From Myxococcales bacterium (GTDB lineage Bacteria > Myxococcota_A > UBA9042 > JABWCM01 > BTVJ01), in NCBI GenBank assembly GCA_045863395.1, contig BTVJ01000003.1, positions 64,001-128,000 of the forward strand: a stretch of DNA of 64,000 nt. Reading direction: 5' to 3'. The notes under the pieces were generated by a model. It did not search any database. It was not told the DNA's origin and saw only the letters and a list, made by a program, of their open reading frames with translations. The position numbers and the translations under genes are program-made. Below, one piece after another: positions 18,466 to 29,347 of the stretch (position 1 is its first letter; every line of letters starts with the position of its first letter).

Positions 18466-19503
18466 ATGGCCGGGCAGATCCGCAAGCTCTTCTTCGAGAA
18501 CGTGCCGCTGAAGGTGCTGTCGCTGCTCCTCGCGTGCGCTCTGTTCCTGCTTGCGCGGGAGGATCGAGTCAAGGAGACGGAGATCGATGTGCCCGTCGTC
18601 ATGGGGAAGGTGGGGGCGCTGTCGGTGTTCACCGGCGACGCTCCGCGCTCGATCCGGGTGCGCCTCCAGGGCCGGTGGTCGCGGCTGCTTCGGGTGCTGG
18701 AGAGCCGCCTCGAGCCCTACACGGTCAACCTGCAGGGCTACGAGGACGGGTCGGTGTATCCCTTCGACGCTGCCCGCATCGAGACCCTGCTCGGCGTGCA
18801 CGGGCTGCGCGTGCTGAGCGTCTTTCCGCCAAGCATGGTGGTGCGGGTCGAGCCCCGGACCAGCAAGCTCGTGCCGGTGGTGCCGGACCTGGTCGGAGAG
18901 CCGGACACGGGGTATCTCATCGAGGAGCGCCAGATCCAGCTTCTACCCGCCATGGTAGAGATCAGCGGTGCATCGACGGACATCGCCGAGGTGGAGCTGG
19001 TCCGCACCGCGCCCGTCGATCTCCGTGGGCTCAAAGAGACCCTCGAGACGCAGATCGCGGTGCGCCGCCCGACCGGTGGGCGCGTGTGGGTCGAGCCGGA
19101 GCGCATCGCCATCACCATCCCGCTTACGGAGCGCATGGTGAGCGACGAGCTGGTGGCGGTCCCCATCAACGTGACCAACTGCTCCGCGGGGTACACCTGC
19201 TCCGTCGAGCCCACCCACGTGCGGGTGCGCGTCAGCGGCGCCCTCCTCGCGCTGCGGGAGCTGAAGGCCCTCGGGGGCGAGCGAATGGTCGAGGTGGACG
19301 CGCGCCGCGGCGCGATCGCTGGCCGCCACGAGGACGTGCCCGTGGAGGTCAAGCGCTTCGAGAGGCTGACCATGCAGGCGGTACCGGACCGGGTCACCCT
19401 GGAGGTCCGCCTCGTGGAGCCCCCGACCCCAGACCCAGCCGACGCCGGGACACACGAGGACGCCGGCGCGCGCGACGCCCGCTCAGGAGAGGTGACACCG
19501 TGA
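18466..19503 (+). CDS. cdaR: YbbR/CdaR-like diadenylate cyclase regulator
   Basis: N-terminal NVPLKVLSLLLACALF anchor and beta-rich YbbR-type repeats; lies between cdaA and glmM. Confidence 0.85.
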   Translation: MAGQIRKLFFENVPLKVLSLLLACALFLLAREDRVKETEIDVPVVMGKVGALSVFTGDAPRSIRVRLQGRWSRLLRVLESRLEPYTVNLQGYEDGSVYPFDAARIETLLGVHGLRVLSVFPPSMVVRVEPRTSKLVPVVPDLVGEPDTGYLIEERQIQLLPAMVEISGASTDIAEVELVRTAPVDLRGLKETLETQIAVRRPTGGRVWVEPERIAITIPLTERMVSDELVAVPINVTNCSAGYTCSVEPTHVRVRVSGALLALRELKALGGERMVEVDARRGAIAGRHEDVPVEVKRFERLTMQAVPDRVTLEVRLVEPPTPDPADAGTHEDAGARDARSGEVTP

Positions 19504-20858
19504 CAGAGCGCCAGCTCTTTGGGACCGACGGCATCCGCGGGGAGGCCAACGTCCACCCCATGACCATCCAGGTCGCCATGCGTCTGGGTCAGTCGATCGC
19601 GCACACGTTCAGACGCCTGGGTCAGGGGAAGCCGCGGGTGATCATCGGAAAGGACACACGTCTGTCGGGCTACCTCTTCGAGACCGCCATCACCGCCGGC
19701 GTGGCGAGCATCGGCGCGGAGGCCTGGCAGGTGGGCGTCCTGCCGACCCCCGGGATCGCGTACATCACGGGCGCCTTCCGCGCGGAGGCGGGGGTCGTGA
19801 TCAGCGCAAGCCACAACAGCTTCCAGGACAATGGCCTCAAGGTCTTCGGGGGCGACGGCTTCAAGCTCCCGGACGCGGTCGAGGCCCAGATGGAGCGCCT
19901 GATGGCCGGGGACGAGCTGGACGGCGTCCTCGCCCGCGGGGCGGACGTGGGCCGGGCCTTCCGCATCGAGGATGCCCTCGGCCGGTACGTCACCTACCTG
20001 AAGGGGACGTTCCCACGGGAGCTGGACCTGGACGGCGTCAAGGTCGTCGTGGACTGCGCCAACGGCGCCGCCTACAAGGTCGCTCCCTTGATGCTCCAGG
20101 AGCTGGGCGCGACGGTGGTGCAGCTCGGTACGTCGCCCAACGGGACCAATATCAACGCCGGGAACGGTGCGCTCCACCCCGAGCGCATGGCGGAGACCGT
20201 GCGAGCGGTGGGGGCCCAGCTCGGCATCGCCCTGGACGGGGACGCGGACCGGGTGATCCTGTGCGACGAGAAGGGGACCATCGTCGATGGCGACCACATC
20301 ATGGCCGTCTGCGCGGCGCGCATGAAGGCCGCCGGGACCCTGCGACACGACACGGTCGTCTCCACCGTCATGAGCAACCTGGGCCTGGAGGTCGCAATGC
20401 GGCGCTTGGGCATCCAGCTCGTGCGCACGGCCGTGGGCGACCGCTATGTCGTGGAGGAGATGCGCCGTGGCGGCTTCAACCTCGGGGGTGAGCAGAGCGG
20501 CCACCTCCTGTTCCTGGATCACTCGACCACGGGCGACGGCTGCCTGTCGGCGCTCCAGGTGCTCGCGGTGGTCCTGCGTGAGGGGCGCCCGCTCAGCGAG
20601 CTCTCACGCATCATGGAGCGCTACCCGCAGGTGCTGCTCAACCTCCAGGTGCGCGAGCGGCGCCCCATCGAGTCTCTCGGGCGCGTGCAGGCATCCATCA
20701 GGGGCGTCGAGGCGGCGCTGGGCACGGCGGGGCGCGTCCTGGTCCGCTACTCCGGCACGGAGCCCAAGGTGCGTATCATGATCGAAGGGGAGGACCGCTC
20801 CTCCATCCAGGCCTACGCGGAGGAGATCGCCGCCGCCTTCAGGACGGAGATCGGTTGA
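19500..20858 (+). CDS. glmM: Phosphoglucosamine mutase
   Basis: The GTG start overlaps the cdaR stop. LFGTDGIRG, ISASHN, DGDADR, GGEQSGH and RYSGTEP. Confidence 0.97.
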   Translation: MTERQLFGTDGIRGEANVHPMTIQVAMRLGQSIAHTFRRLGQGKPRVIIGKDTRLSGYLFETAITAGVASIGAEAWQVGVLPTPGIAYITGAFRAEAGVVISASHNSFQDNGLKVFGGDGFKLPDAVEAQMERLMAGDELDGVLARGADVGRAFRIEDALGRYVTYLKGTFPRELDLDGVKVVVDCANGAAYKVAPLMLQELGATVVQLGTSPNGTNINAGNGALHPERMAETVRAVGAQLGIALDGDADRVILCDEKGTIVDGDHIMAVCAARMKAAGTLRHDTVVSTVMSNLGLEVAMRRLGIQLVRTAVGDRYVVEEMRRGGFNLGGEQSGHLLFLDHSTTGDGCLSALQVLAVVLREGRPLSELSRIMERYPQVLLNLQVRERRPIESLGRVQASIRGVEAALGTAGRVLVRYSGTEPKVRIMIEGEDRSSIQAYAEEIAAAFRTEIG

Positions 20859-20873
20859 CAGTGAGGTGAGCCC

Positions 20874-22412
20874 GTGTACGTCACCACGGCAGCCGAGATG
20901 CGGGAGCTGGACCGGGCGACCATCGAGGACGTCGGCATCCCCGGCGCCGTCCTCATGGAGAGCGCCGGCCGCCAGACGGCGGACGCCATCCGCGCCGCGC
21001 TCGGCGAGGGGCGCCGGGCCCGCGTGGGCATCCTCTGCGGCGCGGGAAACAACGGCGGCGACGGCCTGGTCGTCGCCCGTTGGCTCGCCGCAGCAGGCCA
21101 CACCGTCCGCTGCTGGCTGTTCGCTCCCCGCGAGCGCATCCGCGGTGATGCCCTGACCTACCTGCGGGCGTGGGAGCGTGTCGGAGGCGACGTGGTGCAG
21201 GTCTCCGACGTCGCTACGCTGGAGGCCGAGCGCCCGTGGCTCGACTCCTGCGACGTCCTCGTGGACGCCCTCCTCGGCACGGGCCTCTCCGAGGACGTGC
21301 GAGGGCTCCTCCGGGCGGCCATCGACGCGACCGCGGGCTTCGGTGGGCTGCGCGTCGCGGTCGACCTCCCGAGCGGCGTCCACGCCGACACGGGCCAGGT
21401 CCTCGGGGGCGCCTTCCGGGCCGACCTGACGGTCACCTACGGCTGCTGGAAGCACGGTCTGCTCCACCACCCGGGCGCGGCGCTGGCGGGGAGGGTGATC
21501 GTGGCGGACATCGGCATCCCGCCCGCGGTGCTCGCAGCCCACGAGCCGCGGACGGTCCTGCTCGGCCCGGAGGTCCTCGCGGGGCTCCTCCCCCGGGCGG
21601 CGGCAGATGCCCACAAGGGCACCTTCGGCCACGTCCTCGTCCTGGCGGGGAGCCTCGGCAAGGCGGGCGCGGCGCTCCTGGCGGGACTCGGGGCGCTCCG
21701 CGGTGGCGCCGGGCTGGTCACCGTAGGGACGGACCGGCAGACGCAAGGGCGCCTCGAGGGCCGAGTCCCGGAGCTCATGATCGAGGCCACTGCCGAGGCC
21801 GGCGGAGACGCGCTGCCGGCAGCGCGGGCGCTCGCCTCGGGAAAGGCGGCCCTCTGCGTCGGGCCCGGTCTGGGCGCGACGGGGGCGACCGCCGCGCTGG
21901 TCGTGGGCCTCCTCGACGGGGCCACGGTCCCGATGGTGCTCGACGCGGATGCCCTCAACGTGCTGGCAGGCAGCCTCGACGCGCTCCGCTGCGCGCGCGC
22001 GCCGCTCATCCTCACGCCACACCCCGGGGAGCTCGGTCGCCTCCTCGGTGCCTCGGCCTCCGCGGTCAATGCCGACCGCCCGGCGGCTGCCCGCGCCCTC
22101 GCGCTCAGCCACGGCGTCACGGTGGTGCTCAAGGGCGCCCGCACGGTGGTCGCCTCGCCGTCGGGCCGGCTGGCCATCTGCCCCACGGGAAACGCGGGCA
22201 TGGCGTCTGCAGGCACGGGGGACGTCCTCGCGGGCCTCATCGCCGCCCTCCTGGCGCGCACGGGCGACCCGGAGGTGTCGGCCTGGCTCGGCGTCTGGCT
22301 CCACGGCACCGCGGGAGACATCGCGGCGAGCGTGGGCTCGGAGCCCGGCCTGACAGCGGGAGCCCTGTGCGAGGCCCTCCCGAGGGCCTTTCGTGCTCTG
22401 GAGACGGGTTGA
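20874..22412 (+). CDS. nnr: Bifunctional NAD(P)H-hydrate epimerase/dehydratase
   Basis: LMESAG, GNNGGDG, DALLGTG, DLPSG, HKGTFG, TPHPGE and GTGDVLAG. Confidence 0.95.
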   Translation: MYVTTAAEMRELDRATIEDVGIPGAVLMESAGRQTADAIRAALGEGRRARVGILCGAGNNGGDGLVVARWLAAAGHTVRCWLFAPRERIRGDALTYLRAWERVGGDVVQVSDVATLEAERPWLDSCDVLVDALLGTGLSEDVRGLLRAAIDATAGFGGLRVAVDLPSGVHADTGQVLGGAFRADLTVTYGCWKHGLLHHPGAALAGRVIVADIGIPPAVLAAHEPRTVLLGPEVLAGLLPRAAADAHKGTFGHVLVLAGSLGKAGAALLAGLGALRGGAGLVTVGTDRQTQGRLEGRVPELMIEATAEAGGDALPAARALASGKAALCVGPGLGATGATAALVVGLLDGATVPMVLDADALNVLAGSLDALRCARAPLILTPHPGELGRLLGASASAVNADRPAAARALALSHGVTVVLKGARTVVASPSGRLAICPTGNAGMASAGTGDVLAGLIAALLARTGDPEVSAWLGVWLHGTAGDIAASVGSEPGLTAGALCEALPRAFRALETG

Positions 22413-23161
22413 GCTCGGACCTGGCACCCCGCCCGGGCGAGACCGTCGAGGAGATCTTCGACGGCGCGCTCCGCTGTATCCAGCCGGCAGACGGCTACCG
22501 GTTCGCGTTGGACTCTCTCCTCCTGGCGCTGTTCTCGTGGGGAGCTCCCGGCGGCCGCGTCCTCGACCTGGGCACTGGCAGCGGCATCGTCGCGCTGCTC
22601 ATGGAGCGCTCCCCGGGGGTCCGCTCCGTGGTCGGGCTGGAGCTCCAGCCACGGATGGCGGACATCGCTCGGCGTAACGCCGCCCTGGCGGGCGTAACCG
22701 ATCGTGTCACCGTGGTCGACGGCGACCTGCGCGAGGCCCGAGCGGCTCTTGCCCAGGCGGCCTACGACCAGGTGGTGGCAAACCCGCCATATCACAGGCT
22801 TGGAGGCGGGCGCGTCAACGAGCACCCAGAGCGGGCCATCGCACGGCATGAGGTGACCGCGACGGTGGACGACGTCCTCGCGGCGGCGGAGTGGTCCATC
22901 CGGGGGCGCGGCCCCATCCGGCTGATCTACCCGGTGCTCCGGTTACAGGATGTCGTCACCGCTCTCAGCCGTCACCGCCTCGTGCTGGCCAGGCTGCGCA
23001 TGGTGCACCCCCTGCCGGATCGCCCGGCAAACCAGGCCCTCATCGAGGTGCGCCGCGCTGGTGCTGGCGCGCCGCGGGTCGAGCCGCCCCTGCTCGTCCA
23101 CTCCCACGGGCGAAGCTACTCAGAAGAGCTGGCTCAATTCATTCGCTCCCTCCGCCGATGA
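22409..23161 (+). CDS. SAM-dependent methyltransferase, tRNA1(Val) A37 N6-methyltransferase-like
   Basis: The TTG start overlaps the nnr stop. QPADGYRFALDSLLL, LDLGTGSG, NPPY and ARHE. Confidence 0.88.
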   Translation: MSSDLAPRPGETVEEIFDGALRCIQPADGYRFALDSLLLALFSWGAPGGRVLDLGTGSGIVALLMERSPGVRSVVGLELQPRMADIARRNAALAGVTDRVTVVDGDLREARAALAQAAYDQVVANPPYHRLGGGRVNEHPERAIARHEVTATVDDVLAAAEWSIRGRGPIRLIYPVLRLQDVVTALSRHRLVLARLRMVHPLPDRPANQALIEVRRAGAGAPRVEPPLLVHSHGRSYSEELAQFIRSLRR

Positions 23162-23365
23162 GGAATGCCAGCGGCGTGCCGGGCCGTTGACCCCTGCGGG
23201 CACTCCCCGCGCACGCCACGAGCAGGACCTCTGGCTGCCGAGCTGCGGGACGAACCGGAAGGATCCTTGGCCGAATGGCCCCCGGGGCGCCCCTTGCTTG
23301 GCGTATGGGTGGTTGATACCATGAAAAAGTGCGCTGAGGTTCGCCGGGCAGGAGGATCGTCACAC

Positions 23366-23551
23366 ATGCTGGACGCGTGGATCATCGAAGAGATGAAGAG
23401 GCGCGAGCGGGAGCGGGAGCGGCAACGCGAGCGGGAACGCCCGGTGCTGCAGCTCCCCATCCCCGACCCGACCCTGCACCGACCGCCTCGCCGTGACCCC
23501 GACGACGACGAGCCGCGCGGCAGCCGGGTCATCATCATCGACATCGCCTGA
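23366..23551 (+). CDS. Small (61 aa) charged hypothetical protein
   Basis: AGGAGG RBS. MLDAWIIEEMKRRERERERQRERERPVLQLP...RVIIIDIA, with GC3-rich codons. Confidence 0.7.
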   Translation: MLDAWIIEEMKRRERERERQRERERPVLQLPIPDPTLHRPPRRDPDDDEPRGSRVIIIDIA

Positions 23552-23603
23552 GCCCTGGCCCCCGCCACAGGCTAGCCCCACAGAGCAGACGCCCCTGCGC
23601 GCG

Positions 23604-23729
23604 TCAACGTCTCCCTCGACTCCAGAACCAGAGTGACGCGATCCCGAAGGCCGCGACGGCGGCGACCGCTGCCGCCATGTCGGGGTGGATGTGTGCGCTG
23701 CCGGCGAGGTGCATGACCAGCGACGTCAT
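23604..23729 (-). CDS. Putative 41-aa single-TM small protein coupled to clpP
   Basis: The ATG overlaps the clpP TGA (TGATG). MTSLVMHLAGSAHIHPDMAAAVAAVAAFGIASLWFWSRGRR. Confidence 0.45.
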   Translation of the reverse strand: MTSLVMHLAGSAHIHPDMAAAVAAVAAFGIASLWFWSRGRR

Positions 23730-24421
23730 CACAGGGCCTCCAGCTCGGCGCGGGTCGACACGATCCCCGAGATGAGCCCATACTCCAGTGCCTGCTCGGC
23801 GCTCATCCAGTAGTCGCGCTGGGTGTCCTTCTCCACGCGCGCCAGGGGCTGACCGCACGCATCCGCCAGCATGTGGTTGATCTTCTCACGGGTCTTGAGG
23901 ATCTCCGTCGCCGTGATCTCCAGATCGCTGGCCGGACCGAACACCTGCATGGGGATGAGGGGCTGGTGGATCAGGAGCCGCGTGTTCGGCAGGCACAGGC
24001 GCCGCGACTTGTCGGCGGCGATGAGGATGATCGTCGCGATGGACGCCGCCAGACCCAGGCACACGATGCGCACCGGCGCCTCGATGAACCGGATGGTGTC
24101 GTAGATGGCCATGCCGTCGTTGACGCTGCCGCCCGGGCTGTTCATCAGGATCGTGATGGGCTTCTTCGGATCGTCGGCCTCCAAGGCGAGGAGCGACGTG
24201 ATGATCCCCCGCGCCAGCTTCTCGTTGACGCCTCCAGAGAGCATGAGCTGCCGCGTCTTGAAGAGCTTCTCCTCCAGCCCACCGCCCTCCGGCTTCTTCT
24301 CTTCCTTGTCTCCGTTCATCTGAATGAGGCCTGGAGCAATGCCGGGCCGGGCGAGAGGATCGCGCGACCCGCCAGAGGTCTGGGCCGTGGGGGAGGGCGA
24401 CGCGTTGGACTGGATGGTCAT
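23729..24421 (-). CDS. clpP: ATP-dependent Clp protease proteolytic subunit
   Basis: NSPGGSV, GMAIYDT, catalytic GLAAS, IHQP and RDYWMSAEQALEYGLI. GGAGG RBS before ATG 24421; alternative start at 24319. Confidence 0.94.
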   Translation of the reverse strand: MTIQSNASPSPTAQTSGGSRDPLARPGIAPGLIQMNGDKEEKKPEGGGLEEKLFKTRQLMLSGGVNEKLARGIITSLLALEADDPKKPITILMNSPGGSVNDGMAIYDTIRFIEAPVRIVCLGLAASIATIILIAADKSRRLCLPNTRLLIHQPLIPMQVFGPASDLEITATEILKTREKINHMLADACGQPLARVEKDTQRDYWMSAEQALEYGLISGIVSTRAELEAL

Positions 24422-24543
24422 GGGCAGGGGCCTCCGTGTGTCGAATGGAGCGCGCTGCGCCTCTCGGCGGCGCCCGCGCCGCATGCTACCTACCACGCCC
24501 CGCGCGCTCTGGCAATCGGCAGCAATGCGACGCGAAATGTGCC

Positions 24544-24572
24544 TTGACTTCCCGGGGCGCCTCTACTAGCCT
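24544..24572 (+). promoter_or_regulatory. Sigma70-type promoter of rpsA
   Basis: TTGACT-N17-TAGCCT. Confidence 0.6.
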
Positions 24573-24635
24573 CCGGCCCCACTGCCAGACCAGCGAGCTC
24601 TCTCGGGGGCCGGGCTGCAGAATAAATCGAGGAGA

Positions 24636-26390
<1,755 letters not shown>

Positions 26391-26429
26391 CAGTCACACG
26401 CCACCTGCCAACGGTGTGATGAAAGGACG

Positions 26430-26468
26430 ACGCCCCCGCCAGCAGTGCTGGCGGGGGCGTTTGTCGTT
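26430..26468 (+). terminator. Intrinsic terminator after rpsA
   Basis: Perfect 14-bp stem ACGCCCCCGCCAGC-agt-GCTGGCGGGGGCGT followed by TTGTCGTT, between convergent genes. Confidence 0.8.
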
Positions 26469-26501
26469 CAGCAGGTCTCGGTCCCCCCTCGCGGGTCGCT
26501 C

Positions 26502-27386
26502 TCAGTGCTTCTTCCAGCCGCCCTTCTTCGGCCCCTTGGCGATGACGACGCCCTTGGGCGGCGACTTGTACGCAGGGCCGGCCGGCGCCACGACCACCTT
26601 GTGGTGAGGACCCCTGGGGGCCGCGAACGCCCACGTTGTGGTCTTGGACGCCCGGACGGTGGCCGTGTGGACCATGCGGAGGCCGTGGTGGCCGCGCACC
26701 TCCACCGTGTGGTTGCCCGGCACGAGACCGTCGATGACGCGGGTCGCGCCGGGGACCAGCTTGCCCGCGGGCCGCCCGTCGACCAGCACCTTCACGGCGA
26801 ACCGGTTGTCATTGTGGATGCGCAGCGACCCGGTGAACAGGGCGGGCTCGAACTGGGCCACGCGGCCCGGGAGTACGCGCACCTGCCCAGCCATCGCTGC
26901 GCCGTGTGCCTGGACCACCACCTCGTGACGGCCGGCGGGGACGCCCGCCAGCAGCAGGCTCGCGCCGGGCCCGAGGCTCCCACGCGGCTGCCCTGAGAGG
27001 ACCACCTGCACGGGGAAGGCGTTGGGATTGACTACGCGGACGGAGCCCGCGACCTGCCGGATGACGGCGTGGACCACCTGGCCAGGCATCACGTGCAGGT
27101 TGAAGGTGGTCGACGGCACGTCCTCGCGCCCGGGGTAGCTCGCCACCACGCGGTGGGCACCCGCGGGAGTGGACGTCAGCACCAGGTGGGAGCCCGCGGC
27201 CACCTGTCCGACGTGCGCGCCATCGAGCCTCACCTGCATGGGGAAGCTCGACTCGTTCTGCACCCGGATGGTGCCAGTCTCCATGACGACGACGGTGGAT
27301 GGCCCGTGGTTGGCCAGGGCGGGGCTGCCCGCGGCGATGAGGAGTGACGCCCCGAGGGCGAGAGTGGACAGACGGACGCGGTTCAT
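26502..27386 (-). CDS. Secreted protein with three PEGA-like beta-sandwich repeats
   Basis: GGAGG RBS and signal peptide. Three repeats of G-x-(I/V/L)-R-x-x-N...V-x-(L/V)-(D/S)-G...PxGxHxV, then a Lys-rich tail. Confidence 0.75.
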   Translation of the reverse strand: MNRVRLSTLALGASLLIAAGSPALANHGPSTVVVMETGTIRVQNESSFPMQVRLDGAHVGQVAAGSHLVLTSTPAGAHRVVASYPGREDVPSTTFNLHVMPGQVVHAVIRQVAGSVRVVNPNAFPVQVVLSGQPRGSLGPGASLLLAGVPAGRHEVVVQAHGAAMAGQVRVLPGRVAQFEPALFTGSLRIHNDNRFAVKVLVDGRPAGKLVPGATRVIDGLVPGNHTVEVRGHHGLRMVHTATVRASKTTTWAFAAPRGPHHKVVVAPAGPAYKSPPKGVVIAKGPKKGGWKKH

Positions 27387-27591
27387 GGTGACCTCCGTGA
27401 GATTCCGCTGGAGATTCTCTATCTTGTCGAGGCCCGCCAGGTGAGCGGCTCGTGCCGGGTCTGTACGGGTGATCCCGGCTGGAAATTCACGGGGCGACTG
27501 AGGGGGCGGAGTCGGAGAGGCGTCCTGGGGGGGGGCAGGAGCAGTGCGGGGGGGAGCTGGGCGGGGGGTGGCGGCGAGCGAGCCCCGCGGC

Positions 27592-29202
27592 TCAGCCCTT
27601 CTGGCGCTCGGCGAAGAGCTTGAGGATGGTGAGCTCGTCGACCCAGAACGCCTCGTTCTTCTTGTCCTTGAACAGCCTGACGAGGCGATCCAGGTCAGGG
27701 GCGTTGCGCACCGTAGAGACCTTGGCGATGCCCATGAGGAGGAAGCGACGCAGGTCGGTCTCCTCGGGAGACGCCTTCTCGAAGGCGGCTGCGAGGATCT
27801 TGAAGGTCTCGTCGTCGGGCAGGAGCTTCCGCGACAGCATGAGCGCGGCCTTCTGCTTGACGAAGGCGTCCTCGGACGTGTCGAGGAGGGTGGCGTAACA
27901 CTTCCCGTCGGACTTGCAGTCCTTGACCGGCTGGGCAAACTTGGGCACCTGGTCGCCCTCGATCTGCTCCTTGACCAGGTACTGCTGGCCATTGATCTCC
28001 TCGGGCTTCTTCGGGTCCTTGGGGAGGATGAACGTGTCGGTCTCCGTGGTCCAGGCTGGCAGCCGCGCCTCGTCCAGCCCCATGGAGAGGGGCACGAGGA
28101 GCGGCGCCTTGAAGCGGTAGTCCTGCTCCGCCACGTAGAACTTGAAGAGCGAGTCGACTGCCTTCTCGGTGCCCACGAAGGCGAGGGACGTGGCGAAGTT
28201 CAGCCGCTGGGTGGTGTCGCGATCCGGCTGGTTGGGGATGACCTTCTCAGCCACGTCCACATAGGAGTCGTCGCCGATCTGGCCGAGCGCGATCATCGCG
28301 ATGACGAGGCGGTTGGTCTGGTTCTGGATCCACCGCTCCTGGAGCTTCTCCGAGAGGCCGTCGATGGGGGCCAGGTCCCGGGCGAAGTTGGCCGCGATGG
28401 CCGCCGTCGCGGACTTGTCGCGCAGGTCCCCGAGGATCTGGATGATCTTGGGTCCCTCCTGCCACTCCCACTTGGGGATGCTCTGGTTCTTGGCCCAGGT
28501 GACGAACTCCTCGTCTGCCCCCTCCAGCACCTTGATGAGGTGGGGGACCGCGACGGGGCCGATCTTCGCGAAGGCCATGCGGGCCTTCGCGTAGACCTCG
28601 AAGCCGTTGCCGTCCTTCAGGAACAGGGCCCGGGTCAGCGCCGGGACCGCCTTCGCGCTGCGCGCGTCACCCAGGGTGTCGATGGCCAGGGCGTTCACCT
28701 GGATCCCCTGGATGGTCGGGTCGTCCACGGCGACCGAGATCAGGGCGTCCTCCATCTCTTCGGGCTTCGCGAACTTGAGGAGTGCGTCCAGCGCGGCCTT
28801 GCGCGCCGACGGGTTGCGGTTGCCCGTCAGGATGTCCTTGAGCGCCTGCTTGCCATCGCCGAGCTCCATGTCACCGATGATGCTTGCAGCGAAGGGGCCC
28901 AGCTCCTTGATGTTGAGCGAGCGGGTCGCCAGCTCGGTGGCCGCCGCCTTGTCGCCGATGTTCTGGACGGCCCGGAGGGCCTCCTCTTGGTAGAGGCCGT
29001 CGTCGAACATCTTCTTGAGGGGGTCGATGGCGGCTGCACACTTCATCTCGCCGACCTGGAGGAGCGCCTCCTTGACCTTGGCCGGGTTGTTCAGCCGCTT
29101 GACCCAGTACTCACAGCTCTCCGGATCTTCCGTCTTGCAGCCGGGTGCCGCTGCGCCGGCCGCTGCGACGAACAGCGCAGCGATCAGTGTCAGTCGTCTC
29201 AT
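27592..29202 (-). CDS. HEAT-repeat lipoprotein
   Basis: Signal peptide ending APGC. Repeated helical units (AIDTLGDARSAKAVPALTRAL, IIQILGDLRDKSATAAI). Confidence 0.8.
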   Translation of the reverse strand: MRRLTLIAALFVAAAGAAAPGCKTEDPESCEYWVKRLNNPAKVKEALLQVGEMKCAAAIDPLKKMFDDGLYQEEALRAVQNIGDKAAATELATRSLNIKELGPFAASIIGDMELGDGKQALKDILTGNRNPSARKAALDALLKFAKPEEMEDALISVAVDDPTIQGIQVNALAIDTLGDARSAKAVPALTRALFLKDGNGFEVYAKARMAFAKIGPVAVPHLIKVLEGADEEFVTWAKNQSIPKWEWQEGPKIIQILGDLRDKSATAAIAANFARDLAPIDGLSEKLQERWIQNQTNRLVIAMIALGQIGDDSYVDVAEKVIPNQPDRDTTQRLNFATSLAFVGTEKAVDSLFKFYVAEQDYRFKAPLLVPLSMGLDEARLPAWTTETDTFILPKDPKKPEEINGQQYLVKEQIEGDQVPKFAQPVKDCKSDGKCYATLLDTSEDAFVKQKAALMLSRKLLPDDETFKILAAAFEKASPEETDLRRFLLMGIAKVSTVRNAPDLDRLVRLFKDKKNEAFWVDELTILKLFAERQKG

Positions 29203-29347
29203 CGTGGACCCCTTCCTAGCAGGTTTGCGCGCCTCACCATGGGCCGCGACCATACCGCGTTTTTTCGATTTTGGAAATGACGAGGATGCACGGTGCTGTT
29301 GGTTGCCGCGGCCCGGATCCTGCGGGGTCAGGCATGGTCCCAGAGGG

